This document shows, in pieces, positions 13,192-27,055 of a stretch of 64,000 bases of DNA. Both the position numbers and the translations under genes were made by a program. Each line of letters begins with the position of its first letter. The first letter of the stretch is position 1. This DNA comes from Phoronis australis (taxonomy: Eukaryota; Animalia; Phoronida): NCBI GenBank assembly GCA_002633005.1, contig NMRA01000561.1, positions 119,860 through 183,859 of the forward strand. Reading direction: 5' to 3'. The notes beneath the pieces were generated by a model, which saw nothing but the letters and a program-made list of their open reading frames with translations, was not told the DNA's origin and did not search any database.

Positions 13192-13229
13192 GTGATATGT
13201 CCTTTATAAAACTCATCCCAGTCGATGTA

Positions 13230-16200
13230 CAGCACACATCACGAATTTTTGGCCGCCCGGTCGGAAATTGGTCGACGACTAGCCGTCGACCGGTCGGCTA
13301 ATTTGCCGACCGGTCGGCTAAAAATTAGCCGACCGGCAGCCGCCCGCAGTGCCGACTCATAAGGCGACTCCCCAGCCGACCCTTCAGCCGACCCTTCAGC
13401 CGACCGGCCATCAGCCGACCAGCTGATATTTTTAGGCTAGAGTAGCAGTTGCGTAATAGGTTGTCAGGCTGATACCACTTTGCGTGTCGATGCATATTCG
13501 TCTTAGCACAGGGTCAAATAAATTAACCTAGTTTTACTGTCTCGGTTACATGAGTTCACGTCGGTTGTGTAACACCACTAATTCGAAGGTTGAAGGCAAG
13601 CGGTAATAGTAAACATTGGATTATGGACAATGCAACAAGTTTTGGATGAAAAACGTGAAAGTTTTCTTTACATTTGATCTTTAATTTGACTCGTGACGTT
13701 AACAAGATGTATTAGATCGGTTGCTTCCCGGTCAATACAACGCTGTAGTCATTTTGTAAACGCAGCTATTTTAGCAGTCTTCGCCCGCAGTTGATTTCAA
13801 GTTGTTTGTGTAACGCCAAACTGCATCTTTTTGCGTTTTTTTAAGTTAGTCACCGGTCTCCTGTCACGCGCCCATGATGATGGATTAGTGAGTGAGTTCT
13901 TACACCGCGAAAAGCTCTCACTCCAGGGATTTTATTTTCATAGTATTGACCCTTGCAGTACAGACGCGAAATTCACGGTCCAGTATGCCCTAAACCCACG
14001 GACTTCGATGGCTCTAACTTCGAAATCATATTATGGTTACGATTTCCACGAACTAAGACGGTGACATCACCACTGTTGAGGCTACAGCAAAGTAGCCTTG
14101 CGCATTCCGTTTTCAGTGTATCGGTGACGTTAAAATCTGGGCTAGCAGTTACATGTATACACGTAGTCCCCTATCAGTTGGTCGTTCACGTTGTTCCAAA
14201 AATAAATATTTTCTGTCACCAACATATTGACAAATTATGCAAAATAAAACAATTGTGAACGGCAAGATGTGAATACGTGGTGAAGAGGTATTTGTCTCTA
14301 CGCGGCATATGTGCGTGAAACTTTGGTAAAGCGATTGCGATGGCAAAAAATGATAGAAAATACACAAAGGTGCACTTTTGAGAAGCAAAGCGTCTGGTGA
14401 TCTTGATAGCGTACATGTATGATCTGGCCACCTCAGGTAGTAAGTGACGCTGAATGAGAAGTGGTAACTACATGTTTGGCGCGAAAATAAAAAAATCATG
14501 CTTGTATTGCCAGCCACCCCCCTCCCCGAATTTTGCACATTCTAATGAGTCACCACTCGAGATTTGGTTCCGTTTCAGTCCTAAAATCGCATAATAATTC
14601 TGTGCTCAGCTGTAAGAAAAAATACAATTTTTTGAAACGGTGCTCAGTCTTAATAAAGTTTCCAGCATGAGAGCGCTTTGATCAGAAATGCCAAGCACAC
14701 GCAGAGTTGTAAGACAGAGACGTTGGCGTTTCCGTATGTCCACAAAAGTGCTTTGAGCAGTGTGTACAAATTTGTTCATTTCGCTTTTCTGCACTGACGA
14801 CTATGATCAACACGGTGTTTTAACTACACTTTTGAGTGCATTTTCAAAAATAAATGTTTGGTTGGTGAATTCAGCGAGTCGGTGCCCACGGGCAGGAAAA
14901 CGTATCTGCGTAAATAAAGAGTTGCGTTTTCAAAACATTCAGAGCATGAGCTCAAGGACTACCTGAGACAGAAAATAAAACCGATTACCAAACAGAAACT
15001 TGTCCAATGAATATATAGCTCTTGGAAAACTGTTACCCCGAAGAAATGTGCAAAATACGAACGTCGTTTACGAAAGATTGTACCAGAAGTGATTCGTTGC
15101 AGTGGAGCCGCACGGGATAGTAAAAACACTGTGCTGTGCACTAGTTACCTGAATGGAAAGCTGAAGCGGAAAAATCCAGAACACACATTTTCTATTCAGG
15201 AATTGAAATCTCTGTAGAATCAAAAACAATTGGCAACCAGGATTTATTGCGTTAGAAAACTTATCACGCCCGGAGAGAATTGTTTTCATGCCCGGAGACT
15301 ACGTGATCACCCATTATGCAATGATGACAATCCAGTGTGTACCTATACATTGGCATCTATTGTAAAACGTGGATTAGACGAAAGAAATTCAACCGCATTT
15401 CGAAGATAATATATCTGTTGTCGGCGAGAGGTTGAATATATAGCCCTTGTTTAGTATAGTACGGACAGTATCACTTTGAAAGATCAATGCTTGGGGATGG
15501 TGACGTGGTGTTCTGGCGTGAAAGTTACTGACATGGTAAGTTTTTGAACCTGACTTATTAAATTTTCAGTTCGGTCGTATTTTATTTTGATCCTGAAGTG
15601 AAGAATTTTTGGTCCTCACTTGATAAATTATAGGTGCTGATGTGATAAATTTTCAGTCTTGACGTGGTGAATTTGGTCTTTATTTGCTCTTTGGTCTTCT
15701 GTGTGAAAACAATCTCAATGTATTGGATTGTTTTAATTCCTGCTTAAGTAAAATGTCTGGTTTTGAGATATTTATTTTTGGTCCTGGAGAGTTTGCATGT
15801 TTTGCTTGGTTTTAATCATGCATAGAAAAGATATGTCGTTAAATGTTTCAAATTAGGCCTCCCATAAATGGGGGGAGAGCAGGTTGTGTAGCATCGTACT
15901 ATGTAACTTCTAATATAAATCTAGGTGTTCGTGATTTAGTAATACTATGAAAAATGAGTAGTTTTGACTATGAAAAATGAGTAGTTGAGGCTTCTTTTGA
16001 AATACTGTATCCTTTGTATATGCCTGGTGTACAAGGCTCAGTGTGATATTATCTAAGCTTTATTATCCTCTATGGCTTAACAACTATATATCTTCATTCA
16101 TGCCTGTAAAAGAGGTACTCCCAGGATCATCAAGCATGTGTATGTTTTTATTCTAATGAGGCGTGCTTCGAATGTACAATTAGTAATTATACTTTTGCAG

Positions 16201-18393
16201 TGGTTCATAACAAACGGATTCATTAAACCCAGTAAATATTTTTGCAACTGCTGACTCTGCATATCAGACGTGCATATTGCATCATACCTCATCAGAGTAA
16301 AACTTGTTATCAATCATAGTAGAAAAAATTATTTTTATCATTGCCACAAGACGTTAACAAACGCAGTGAGTGTCTGTAACTGTTGTGTCTAGATTGCTGA
16401 TGAACTAAAGTCGGTCTACATGTATTTCCATTTTTATATCACTGATTCATGCCAAAGGTTTGAAATTGCGCCCCTTTAAGAGTTTTGACTTGCCCTGTGA
16501 TCACTAGAATCCGATGCAATAAACTTATAGAAGTTGTTTTTTAACCAGTGTAATATAGCTGAAAATTGTGTGCGTTTTCGTTTGCGAGAATGTTCTTTTT
16601 GAATCAATGGGTTAATCATTTTACGCTCTACATGAAAACACAGACTACTTTTTTTAGGATTACATGTACCAGGTTACCCCGAAAATATTATTTTCAAAGT
16701 TTTACCCCTTGGAGTATACGCGAAACGCCAAGTATTGTGTTCTTACGCGAAAGGGCTCGGAAGGCTGTAGCCTTGGTGCGAAGCTGTTTACTAAATTAAA
16801 TATACAAATTTGCGCCATTGTGGGTAAAAACTGACCGAATAAAATCTTCCTAGAGTAAACTAAATTATTTACCAGCGTTGCAAAAAATGGTTTTCTACAA
16901 TTATTCTGCTGCTAAAGTTATGTTGTGATCTTATGCGTCGACTTTCGGCCCAATGAAATATTGCGTCACCTTTTAGCCAGTTTCTTTTTCCCAGATTCTT
17001 CAATCAAACGTTCTCCCTCGAGGTTACGTAAACGTCACAACAAATGATCAGAATTGGTTTCACTTCATTATATGTTTTTGGAATTTTGATATCAGTGAAC
17101 CGAATTTTAGAACAAATTTTGCTGAGATGTGTTCATCATCTAATGGGAGATGTTGAAAACATTTTGGAAGTGGCGCGTGTCACAATGAACTTTTTTCAAA
17201 ACGACGATATACGTTTTTTCGTTAAAAAGGCAGAGAATTACGCAAGAAGATGACGTCGGATGTTTCTCACTTAAACGGCCGTAACGGGCAACTTGAATGC
17301 CAATTGACTTCCAGATTTTGCATGCACACCCGCCAGTCTTGAGCTCATGTTGATACAAGCTTTTCGACGAGGTGACAAACGTAACTATCCGGGCTGTGTG
17401 AAGTATCGAGGTCTGTTTGGTCTCAATAAGCAGTGGCACCTTGCTGTATTTTGAAAATAGTCTTCATGCAACTAGCTGGCTACATAGGAAGGCTCTAGTT
17501 TCGAAAAGATGTTTTACTGCGAAAGTGACAACAATTTCTGAATGATGATGGATGATGGATGACACTATAAACCGATCAGTCTTCCGTTTTCATGCGCCCA
17601 TGATTTAATATCGGCGCTATGTTCAAACCATTGTTTATGTTGTTTCTAAAATAAAATTGGGTTCTATTGCTGTACCAACATATTAAGAAATTATACAGAA
17701 ATAAGCAATAATTATCTGTGGTAAATCGCAATATACAGCGTGATGAAGTGATCATCAAGAGCAATAACGGATGAGCGCAAATGCGTGATGCTTGTTGAGC
17801 ATTCCGCTGCATGAAAACACTTGAGGTCGTGTATTGAGTGTTGTATTCTGATTGTTATGCAATTTTACTGTAAATTTCAAATTTCGTGCTTGTTTTTGTG
17901 CAAAATGTACTGTATAAAAAGTCTCATATCTAAATTTAGAAATTATGCTTCCGCGATATCACTTAACGTTTGATTTTACCACGCCGTCATTAATTCAACA
18001 TAAAGTTTTAGGCTGGTGTAATGTCACGCACTTCGTATTTGTAGGTTGATTCGATTTTATTTCCTTTCAATAGTTGAACAAAACTTTATAAACCGATGTC
18101 AAGACCTGAGTTGCCAGTGGTGAACGAACAGCGAACAGTAAAATGTTTGTTTGGCCAAAGTTCACCCGTTAAGTCATAAAATGGTAATTGCCGACCAAGG
18201 ACACGCTTAATCCGAATTGGTCGTCTACGCTAGGCGACCACTTAGCCGACCCAAGTGCCGACCACAGAGGCGACTCAGTAGACAGCTCCTAGCCGACCGT
18301 TGTTGGTCGGCTGCTGGTCGGCTAGACGACCGGTCGACGGCCGGTCGTCGACCAATTTCCGACCGGTCGGCCAAAAATTCGTGATGTGTGCTG
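13230..18393. mobile_element. 5.16-kb TIR DNA transposon with TA flanks and subterminal GCCGACC repeats; no transposase recognised
   Basis: About 65-bp near-perfect TIRs (cagcacacatcacgaatttttggccg..cggtcggaaattggtcgacgac); TA at 13228-13229 and 18394-18395. Confidence 0.88.
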
Positions 18394-18559
18394 TATGTGT
18401 GGGGATGTAATTATGTGCTTAGAAACACTTTCAAAAACCAGCTAGTTTCACCTATATTAGGTATTTTAGGCCCGCCTTTCTACCAGTGGGTATATTGTGA
18501 GTACTTAAAACTCTGTGACAATTTATTTCACACTGTATGGCAGACAAGTATAATTATGT

Positions 18560-20980
18560 CGATATCCCTGTCTGCTCATCCAGCGTTCGCTGCTTTATCT
18601 CCAAAACCCTTTGATGTATGTTCATGAAATTTTGCTCGTGTTCATTTTATGGTTGGGAAGGCATGAGCAAACTTTCGGACGGATCCGACTACCAGGGTGC
18701 CCCCTAGTGGCAATTTTAATTTTACGTTTACCTCAACATATGTTCATAAAATTTGGCTGAGAGGCATCCATTAGTGAAATGACGCTGTTTTCCGTTTTCG
18801 GATGGATTCAAAGTATTTTGCGCCACCTAGTGGCCATTTTTACTGTTTTCGAGTCTTGTTTGTTGGCATCTGCCCCTCTTCCAACCAAACATTTTAAGGA
18901 TGATTGTGAAAAATGGCACTTTGGCAATTGGTTTCTACTGTGAAGACGACAGCTAGCGATGATTTTTGGATGACTTCGACTACTGTGACGCCTCCCAGTG
19001 GCAGTTTTTTGTGCCCATGACTATATCTCATAAAACCCTTTGCAGGATCTTTATTACACTCAGCAAGTGCATGTATATGAAGTTGACAACAGGCGACGAC
19101 TTTTGGACGGATCGGACGAATGCTGTGCCCCCTTATAGCAATTTCATTTTTTCAGTTTTGCTCTGTTTCTCTATTAGTTCCTTGATGGATTTTTATGAAA
19201 TTTAGCAAATCGCTTTCTATAGATTCGAGGTATTCTGCGTCATGTATTGGCTGTTTTTACTGTTTTCTAATCTGATTTTGGCGTCTGCCCCTCTATCAAC
19301 CAAACCACTCTAAAGATGACTTTGAAAATTGGCATTTATAGGCTCTTTCATTCTAATGTCGACACGTCCATGTTGTGGGGAGTTGTGGATCGGAGCTAAC
19401 AGTTCGCAGTAAACAGGTGAATTTTACAGTGGAGCGTCGAGGTTGCGGTGCGGTATGAACGGTCATCTTCGGTCCCATCAAAGTTATTGCCAGGGGCCAC
19501 TGTTATCGTCAACAACTAAAGGGCAGTGTCGTCGCTAATAATTGCTTATCTTTTTGCTGGGATTATTACAAGTCGAATTAGAAATAAGTTTTATGTCAAT
19601 TAGCAAATATAAATTTTCTCAAAACCATCACATTAAAAAAATCTTAGCATGCACGCAATGCATCAGCGCTACCTTTCGATAACTTTGATGTGACAGCGTC
19701 ATTTGCTATTTACTTCGATTGACTATCGAAGCTAATGTGAACGGTTCAGTTAACTTCACAGTTAACGTCGACGCTCCGCTCAGACCAGAGTTAAGTCAGT
19801 ATGAAAGGGCCTTGTATTTCTACTGTGGAGAGGACAGCTGATGATGGTTTTTGAACTACCTGGGTTACTGTGGCTCCTCCTAGTGACATCTTTTGTGTGT
19901 ATGGCTGTATCTTTCAAACCCTCTGTAGGATCTTTATTAAATTTGGCAAGTGTATTTACATGAACTTGACAACGGACCATGACGACACTTGAATGGATCC
20001 GACTACCGCTTTGTGCCTCTAGTAGCAATTTTTTTTTTCGTCGTCCTGTCCGTCTTTGAAACTCCTTGGCAGATTTTTATATAATTTAATAGATGGGTTT
20101 CTATTGAAGAGTCGACAGGTTCAGATAGATTAGAAGTATAGTGGCTGTTTTTATTATCATGAAAATTTGCAAGTAGGTTTCTATTATGGAGATGACGTCA
20201 CCTTTTCATTTTTGGGTGGATTTAACATATTCTGTGCCACTCTGTGGCCATTTAAAAAAAAATTCAGTATGTTTTTGATATCACACTCTCCATCCACCAA
20301 ACCGCTTGAAGGATCATTGTTAAAGTTTGTAGACGTGTTCCTCATGAGAAGACTGAGGCTTACGTTGATTTTTAGATGTGTTCAACTACTCTGACTGACA
20401 CCCGCTTGTGGCAAATTTATTTTTTTTTGCATTCACGGCTGAATTTCATTTACCCTTTGCAAGATCTTTCTGAAATTTAGCAGATTTGTTCCTATGGAAA
20501 TGGCAACAGATGAGGTCCAGTGGCAAGTTTTTTATGTTTGTTCTTATAACTTCAGTTTCATGGTGCCTTTTCATGAAATTGGGCAAAAAATTTTCTATTA
20601 ATGAAGGCGACAGCACTTTTCCTTTTTGTGATGGATTCGACGTATTCTGCACCAACTAGCAATTATTTTAATTAATATTTTTAGCCTGCTTGTTGTCTTC
20701 TTTGTATCTGCCAAACCGTGCAGAGGATTGCTAATGACAGATGTGTTTTTACTGATAAGTGCTTGACTGACGTGGATTTTCATACATACGGGTCCAACTA
20801 CTTACTTAATAGGTGGGTCCTAGTGACATTTTTTTGTATCTACCTGCTGTATCTCCAAAACCCATTTCCAAGATGCTTTTGAAATTTTGCAATCATTGTA
20901 TTCCTATTAACTTGACAGCAGACGGAGGGATTCGACTACTGGTGTGGTTCCTAAATGCAATTTGTTTTCTATTGCTTTTG
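18560..20980 (+). mobile_element. Degraded copies of the HINE/Helentron-like tandem-repeat family seen at 35480-36613
   Basis: gctttatctccaaaaccctttga...ccgactacc..gtgccccctagtggcaatttt matches the reverse complement of 36400-36530; more decayed units at 19850-20980. Confidence 0.6.
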
Positions 20981-21026
20981 AAGATCATTGTTCTTTTTTG
21001 AAAAGCTGCTTTTGTATTGCAAACAG

Positions 21027-21232
21027 AGAAGGAAGGTCCATCCATCCGCCATGCAGTTATCATCCATAACGGTCACATGTTCTACACTGACCTGGTTGAT
21101 GACCACGACATTCCATATAGTGCACCTGAGATAGAGGAACAATTACAACAGGTAGTGAATGCTACACGGGATCTACCTTATGGTCCTGCATTGGGCTGTC
21201 TGACGGCGGATGATAGAGGGTCTTGGTTTAAG
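21027..21232 (+). CDS. CROT: CROT coding exon 5
   Basis: KEGPSIRHAVIIHNGHMF...GPALGCLTADDRGSWFK; AG/GT, phase-consistent. Confidence 0.92.
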
Positions 21233-21321
21233 GTTAGCAACTGCTTTTGTTGTATGATCTTTTCTTGTGCTCAGTTTTAACATGTGTATTTGAAATGGAG
21301 TAAATATGACATGAACGTATC

Positions 21322-21520
21322 GAGGGTCTCATGGATTGGAAGTATATGTGATGTGAATGTGTTGAGGGTCTCATGGAGTGTAAGTATATGTGGTGTGAAT
21401 GTGTTGAGGGTCTCATGGAGTGGAAGTATATGTGATGTGAATGTGTTGAGGGTCTCATAGAGTGGAAGTATGTGTGGTGTGAATGTGTTGAGGGTCTCAT
21501 GGAGTGGACGTGTGGTGTGA
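21322..21520. repeat. 42-bp minisatellite, about 5 copies
   Basis: gagggtctcatggagtggaagtatatgtgatgtgaatgtgtt units. Confidence 0.9.
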
Positions 21521-22008
21521 ATATGTTGGGGTTTATACTCAGCGCTGTTGGACATGACTCACTGGTAAAGTGCTATTAGTTGATTTGTGTTACTTTAAAG
21601 CTTCCCTACATTCACACACACAAAATTCAAACCTTGAAGTAACCACTGAGGTTGGACTAATACCATTAATTCTATGTCATTATATTCAAGTATGACCAAT
21701 TCGAACAGGACTTGCATTCGTGATCGTTTCAAGAAAATGCATTATTTCACCTTTAAGGTTATTTGTACCCAACCTGGCCTACCTTGATCCATCGTTGCGT
21801 GATTCCATAATTTTCTCGTAACTTACTTTCTAGCCGTTGCTTTATTTGTCATTTCATCATAAAATGATTCTTTCCTCACAGTTCTTTACACCTTATCTAT
21901 GTCCTTGACAGAATGTTTAGCACTTTTCCCACAATGCTTTGCGGCAGCTCCTCATAGAAAATTATTAATGCAGTTGTGTAGCTATTAAAACAGACACATT
22001 GTTTGCAG

Positions 22009-22122
22009 AACAGACAACACTTACTCTCTCTACATCCTGATAACAAAAAGAGTCTGGATATCCTGCAGAGGGCGTTGTTAGTAGTGAGCCTCGATGATGC
22101 CCAGCCTGTAGACAGGTCACAG
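22009..22122 (+). CDS. CROT: CROT coding exon 6
   Basis: NRQHLLSLHPDNKKSLDILQRALLVVSLDDAQPVDRSQ; AG/GT. Confidence 0.9.
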
Positions 22123-24275
22123 GTTTGTTTTAATTACTTCATCTCTGAACTATAACTGAACTCCTTTTAGCTTCCAGGTTTCATATTTTGCCTTCGTAGT
22201 GCTATATTTCGCAAACTTCCGTATACTTACCAGCGGAGTGATGTTTTTTGACTGCATTGCTCAAATTTTCAAAATACAAATATGAAATTTTGAATGGCGA
22301 TTTGATTACAAAATCCATCTTTATGTGGCAACTAGTTGGTTCAGCCATGTAATGCATTTCTGTTGCTTTTTCTCACAATGTTTGGTCGCCAATTTCTCTG
22401 ATTGACATCAGCTGAGTGAGAAGTGACCACGAGAGTGCAGCACCTGTCATTCACATGATCACGCTACATGTAATTATCAGTGTAGAAGCTATGTGAGATT
22501 TTAAAAAGTCCCCAATAGTGCTAATTAGGTCAAGCCGATATTGTTAACTTTAAATCACGACAAATCAAGTTGGCGTTGATGAATTTTCTCGATGAAGTAA
22601 TCATTGAAATCCATTTTGTGATTGTGTGTTTGGTACAATATCCCCACTTTTCGGGTTTGAGATGCCAGACAAGTGAAATCAACTTTTTCAATTTTTTCAT
22701 AAAAATTAAGTATGCCTAGTACCAATTATTTGGTCATCAAACCATAGTTACAACCAAACAATGTTTTGTGAAATTGTGATCATTTGCAATAAAGCGAGCG
22801 ATTGAAAAAATCCTGCAATTTTGGCAGTTATGTTTGGTGTGAAATTGGTGTGAACTTACTGGCATTTGATTCTAACTTCATCCTATATTACAGGAGAAGA
22901 ACAAAAGGTATTGCCCCAAAACTTGTACCAAAACATTGGTTTTCAAACATGCTATTGTGTAACGTTTTTAAGCTGGTAGACAATTATGTAAAAATGTAAT
23001 ATTTTGTGTAGTGCTTACACTTCAATAACACAATATATAACTATCCTGAACATGTACTCTCTCTCCCAGCTTAAATGGACCTCTGTTGGTTGTCCACACA
23101 CTTCACCAATAATCAAAAACTTCTGAGTTAATTTCACTTGCCATACTTGAAACATTGATTTAGGTATGTGATTTGTTAATGTTAAGCTATTATCTAAATA
23201 TATTTATTGGGTTTGGGTAAACTCTATGTATAATTTCCTCAAATCTTTATACTGTTATGAATTTGGTTAAAGGCCCTCCAATTGACAATGCATTTCACGT
23301 GACGTAAAAGTTGCTGTAGAGAGTGTTGTGTTGTCAGTGAAACACCATAGAGCGTTACATAGCTCTATTACAATCATTTAAGTTCAGTGTACTCATATTC
23401 ATAATCAGTCATGAAATCATTAAAGCCTAACTTCAACGGAACTTTGTCATTTTAGATGTATATGGCTAATCAGATAGTCCTTGCAAAGTCTTAGTTAGTA
23501 AAATAAGAAAACGCCAGTTAAATCACGCAAATAAAGGCTAGTCAAATGATAGGTGAAGCTGCCTCTTCGTGTCATGATGTGTCACCGCAAGATCCCAGCA
23601 AAAACAACAAAAGGCCGATAACACCTGTATTGAATAGGGGTCTGAATAGATTACCATTAGGTGTGGTTGTAATTCACAGGTGATTCAATTAAAAGGTGAT
23701 TCTTGCGACAAAAGCAAGCCAGTGTGCCTAACAGTTCGTGACATTTGGCAATTTATGGCACTGGTGGGTTCTGAGCAATGCTCTTAACATACTGTAAGAA
23801 CAAAATTTACAGGTGTTACCATTCAAGATAGGCTTTAAGACTACACTCGCAGTAAATAAACATTACTTTTGATTAATGGAAAGTGCAGTGAGATGATATA
23901 GAAAAGAAACTGATTCCCAGTCAATACTAATATATCATTCAATCTATCAATCTGCAAGGAGAGGCCGCCATGAAGTCACTGTGTGTGTCTGACTGTAGTT
24001 GGGTTGTGTCATATTAGGCATACACAGTCTAGTCAAGCCAACATTGTGTAATATGTCTTTGATTGGTACACAGTGCTTATGTTTGACTTCCACATTTTGG
24101 AGTAAATATTTCTCAGAATTCATAATGGATCTTTAGGGGCGGCTAATGACTTAAATGTACAAAAATATTAGATCACATAAATATGCCGTCTCCCAACAGA
24201 TGAAGTTGAATTTTCTGTTTAGTTAAAATAATTGTTGCGAAATTGATAAAAACATTATATTATTTATCATTTTAG

Positions 24276-24377
24276 TTGTTTGCTCAGTCAATGGGTGGCG
24301 ATCCTGCTGGCAGGTGGTTTGACAAGAGTCTTAACATTCTTTTTTTCAAGAATGGGACCGTTGGTATGAATATTGAT
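24276..24377 (+). CDS. CROT: CROT coding exon 7
   Basis: LFAQSMGGDPAGRWFDKSLNILFFKNGTVGMNID (RWFDKS family signature); gtaagt donor. Confidence 0.93.
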
Positions 24378-24700
24378 GTAAGTACTGAGACTATGAAGTT
24401 AAGAGTTCTCTTTGTCAATGTTGCCTTTTTGTTGCTTTTTCAAACTTAACACATTTGTGTTGGGTTATGCCCATAGAATGTAAATTCAGAAATTGGAAAG
24501 GAATGACATTCAGAGGTGAAATTATTGAGAATTTATGTGTGGTTGTTCAAATTAATGTAAGCCTGCCCGTGTACAGTATGTGTTGAGGGCAAGTGACCTT
24601 CATTTGAACGAGGAAACTGGTTAATCTGTAATCCAACACCAGATGGGGTTAGTTGTTAGTGATTATTGCCTTCTAAGCATTTTTCCATGAACTTTTGCAG

Positions 24701-24784
24701 CACGCTCCGTTTGATGCAATGGTGTTGGTGTCTTCAAGTTACTACGTCGACCGACACATTGTCAGGTGGCAAGGAAAGTGGCAG
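24701..24784 (+). CDS. CROT: CROT coding exon 8 (catalytic His)
   Basis: HAPFDAMVLVSSSYYVDRHIVRWQGKWQ; HAPFDAM is the catalytic-His motif. Confidence 0.94.
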
Positions 24785-25009
24785 GTAGGTGGTGCTGTCA
24801 TCTCAATATTTTACATAATCATAGCCGTAAGTTCTTGGTTGTAATTGTTTAATGTTGTTGTCTGGCTGAGTGAAATTAGTAATGAAATTGGCAAATTCTT
24901 GCAACTTTTTCGTCAAAGTCACTATTCCCCGGCAAGTAGAACATGACCTCTCAGTACGTGTCGCTCATGCCTTGTAATTTTTTTGTACCCAAGTTATGCT
25001 TCTTTTCAG

Positions 25010-25117
25010 GGTAGCACAGAGAAACGCCCTCTACCTGCTCCTAAACAACTTGTGTTTCATCTTGATGAATCACTGTACAATGCAATCAACTGTAGCAGAA
25101 CATCATTTTTAAAGAAT
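25010..25117 (+). CDS. CROT: CROT coding exon 9
   Basis: GSTEKRPLPAPKQLVFHLDESLYNAINCSRTSFLKN; AG/gtaagt. Confidence 0.92.
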
Positions 25118-26924
25118 GTAAGTGATTCTCACCTGGGCTTGTTTGTAACACCCTATTGTTTGTGGTTGCCAAAGTGAAATGAAAAAGTTTAACTTCATGG
25201 TGTGAAAGTTCAAGTATTATGATTTAGTAGGAGGGTCAGCACTCTCCAGTAGGACTCATCTAGGATTTGAAAAGTGGGGGTCCAAATTTGGTTTTCCCCA
25301 GTTTTAAGGGCTAAATCCCGACCTGGCTCACAGCCAAAGTAACAGGTGATGCCCACATGACTGGGTGACCTGCTTTTTCTGCATACGTCAAAAAGTGCCT
25401 CACATAGAGCAAACTCAAATCGCCCAATAATCATGGAATTCTGCAAAAAGTTGACGTAGAGTTTTGAGACTTTTACTTTCATGCTAAGTTATACATTGAA
25501 TATGTATAACTAACCAACATTTCATTTTTTCACATGAAATTTGCACTGCATTCTCGCGCATCGATGTATGATGTTTGGTCTGGGTGGATTTTTTCATTCA
25601 TTCATTTGAGTTGCAATGGAAGAGTGCAAACAAATTAAGTAGGTTTGCGCTAAGTTTTTATCTGGTTTGCATATTCAACGACATTGATGGCATTTGTACG
25701 GAAGTCAGTTGGCGGGTATCATTTTTTTCATCGTGTGTTCTATTTCAAATTGGCTGCTCTGTTGAATACACTTTGAGAGTGCGGCTTCAACTTCCGCGTT
25801 GGCAAACTGCATTAGGGGTATGGCAAACTCTTTTAACTTCGGGTCTGTGTACTTCAATTTTAATGACTAAGTGTCCATATACAGTTACGTTGACGCTGGA
25901 TGTGCTATTTCTCCATGAGGGGCATTCTGTATGAGGTCACCCCGACGTCACACAACAGGAAGGTATTCTTCCAAAAATATGGCTGCCAGTATTTGCCGAT
26001 CATCATTTATAGTAAAAATAGACGGTAATAGTCTGTAGTGTCGAGTTATACCTGAATATTTATCAAACTAAAACATTGGATTGTAGGTTTCAATAAAATA
26101 TATCAATCCTAAATGCTAAAATTCTTCAGTTAGCTGTCGTTTTTGCCGAGGCTGTCTTGATTCAGGTCGTCTTTTTTCTGCTGTTATCGCCGTGCTGTCC
26201 ATTTTTTAAATGGCTTTCCCAATGGACAGGCGCTAGGTGAGTTCCTGCCCTCCAAAAATTTTATTGACCGTTGGTATGAAAGTATTCGTTTCAAATTGTC
26301 TCAAGCCACTACTTTAATTGCAAAAGTTACAACTTATAAAAAAATTCTTCCAAAGGCTGAAGCCTTCCTCTGTGTTTAGATATGAGTGAGTGTAACAGAG
26401 GGTCGTGCAAACAGCTGAGATAGAAAGCCCATCCATCATCTCAGTTAATTTTGCCATCTTTCTTGTGATTCTTGAATTTGGTGCAGCCATTATTACCTGT
26501 TTCTAGAATTTGGGACAAGCTCTGGCATTGAGCAAAGGGCTGATTTCGGACCTGCTCTGACCTTGAGCCAAGTTGGACAATTTTACCGTACTTTCCGTCT
26601 CGGCCATTTGTACTACCCTGTGTTATTCTCACCGACACCTACATGTGTATCACCAATTTTACGCTTCGGGGAAGTTGTCGGCCTTTGGAAGTCGACACTT
26701 CCTGGCAATTTTCTTGTAATTTACAGGATGCTGAGAAAGACTTTTTATACAATTAAACTGTGTCCTAATGAAATAATTTAGAGAAGTTAAAACATCTAAG
26801 CACTGATAACAAAATTGTGTAATAGGTTTAGTTTTCTTAATGACCAGTATACCAAGCCACTGCTTATAACTACACATTGTTTAAGACACAAGTTTATCAT
26901 TTTTCTTTAAATTCTCCTTTAAAG

Positions 26925-27055
26925 GCTGACTCTATGGACTACTTCGCGCCTATGTTCTGTGGATATGGTAAACGTTTGATGCGCTCACTAAAACTACACC
27001 CCGACACCATCGTGCAGTTAGCACTACAACTGGGTTACTACAGACTTCATAACAA
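26925..27055 (+). CDS. CROT: CROT coding exon 10
   Basis: ADSMDYFAPMFCGYGKRLMRSLKLHPDTIVQLALQLGYYRLHN; AG/GT. Confidence 0.93.

Noticed and set aside
21234-21555. His-rich repeat ORFs (MRPSTHSHH...)
   Set aside because: Antisense translation of a 42-bp intronic minisatellite.
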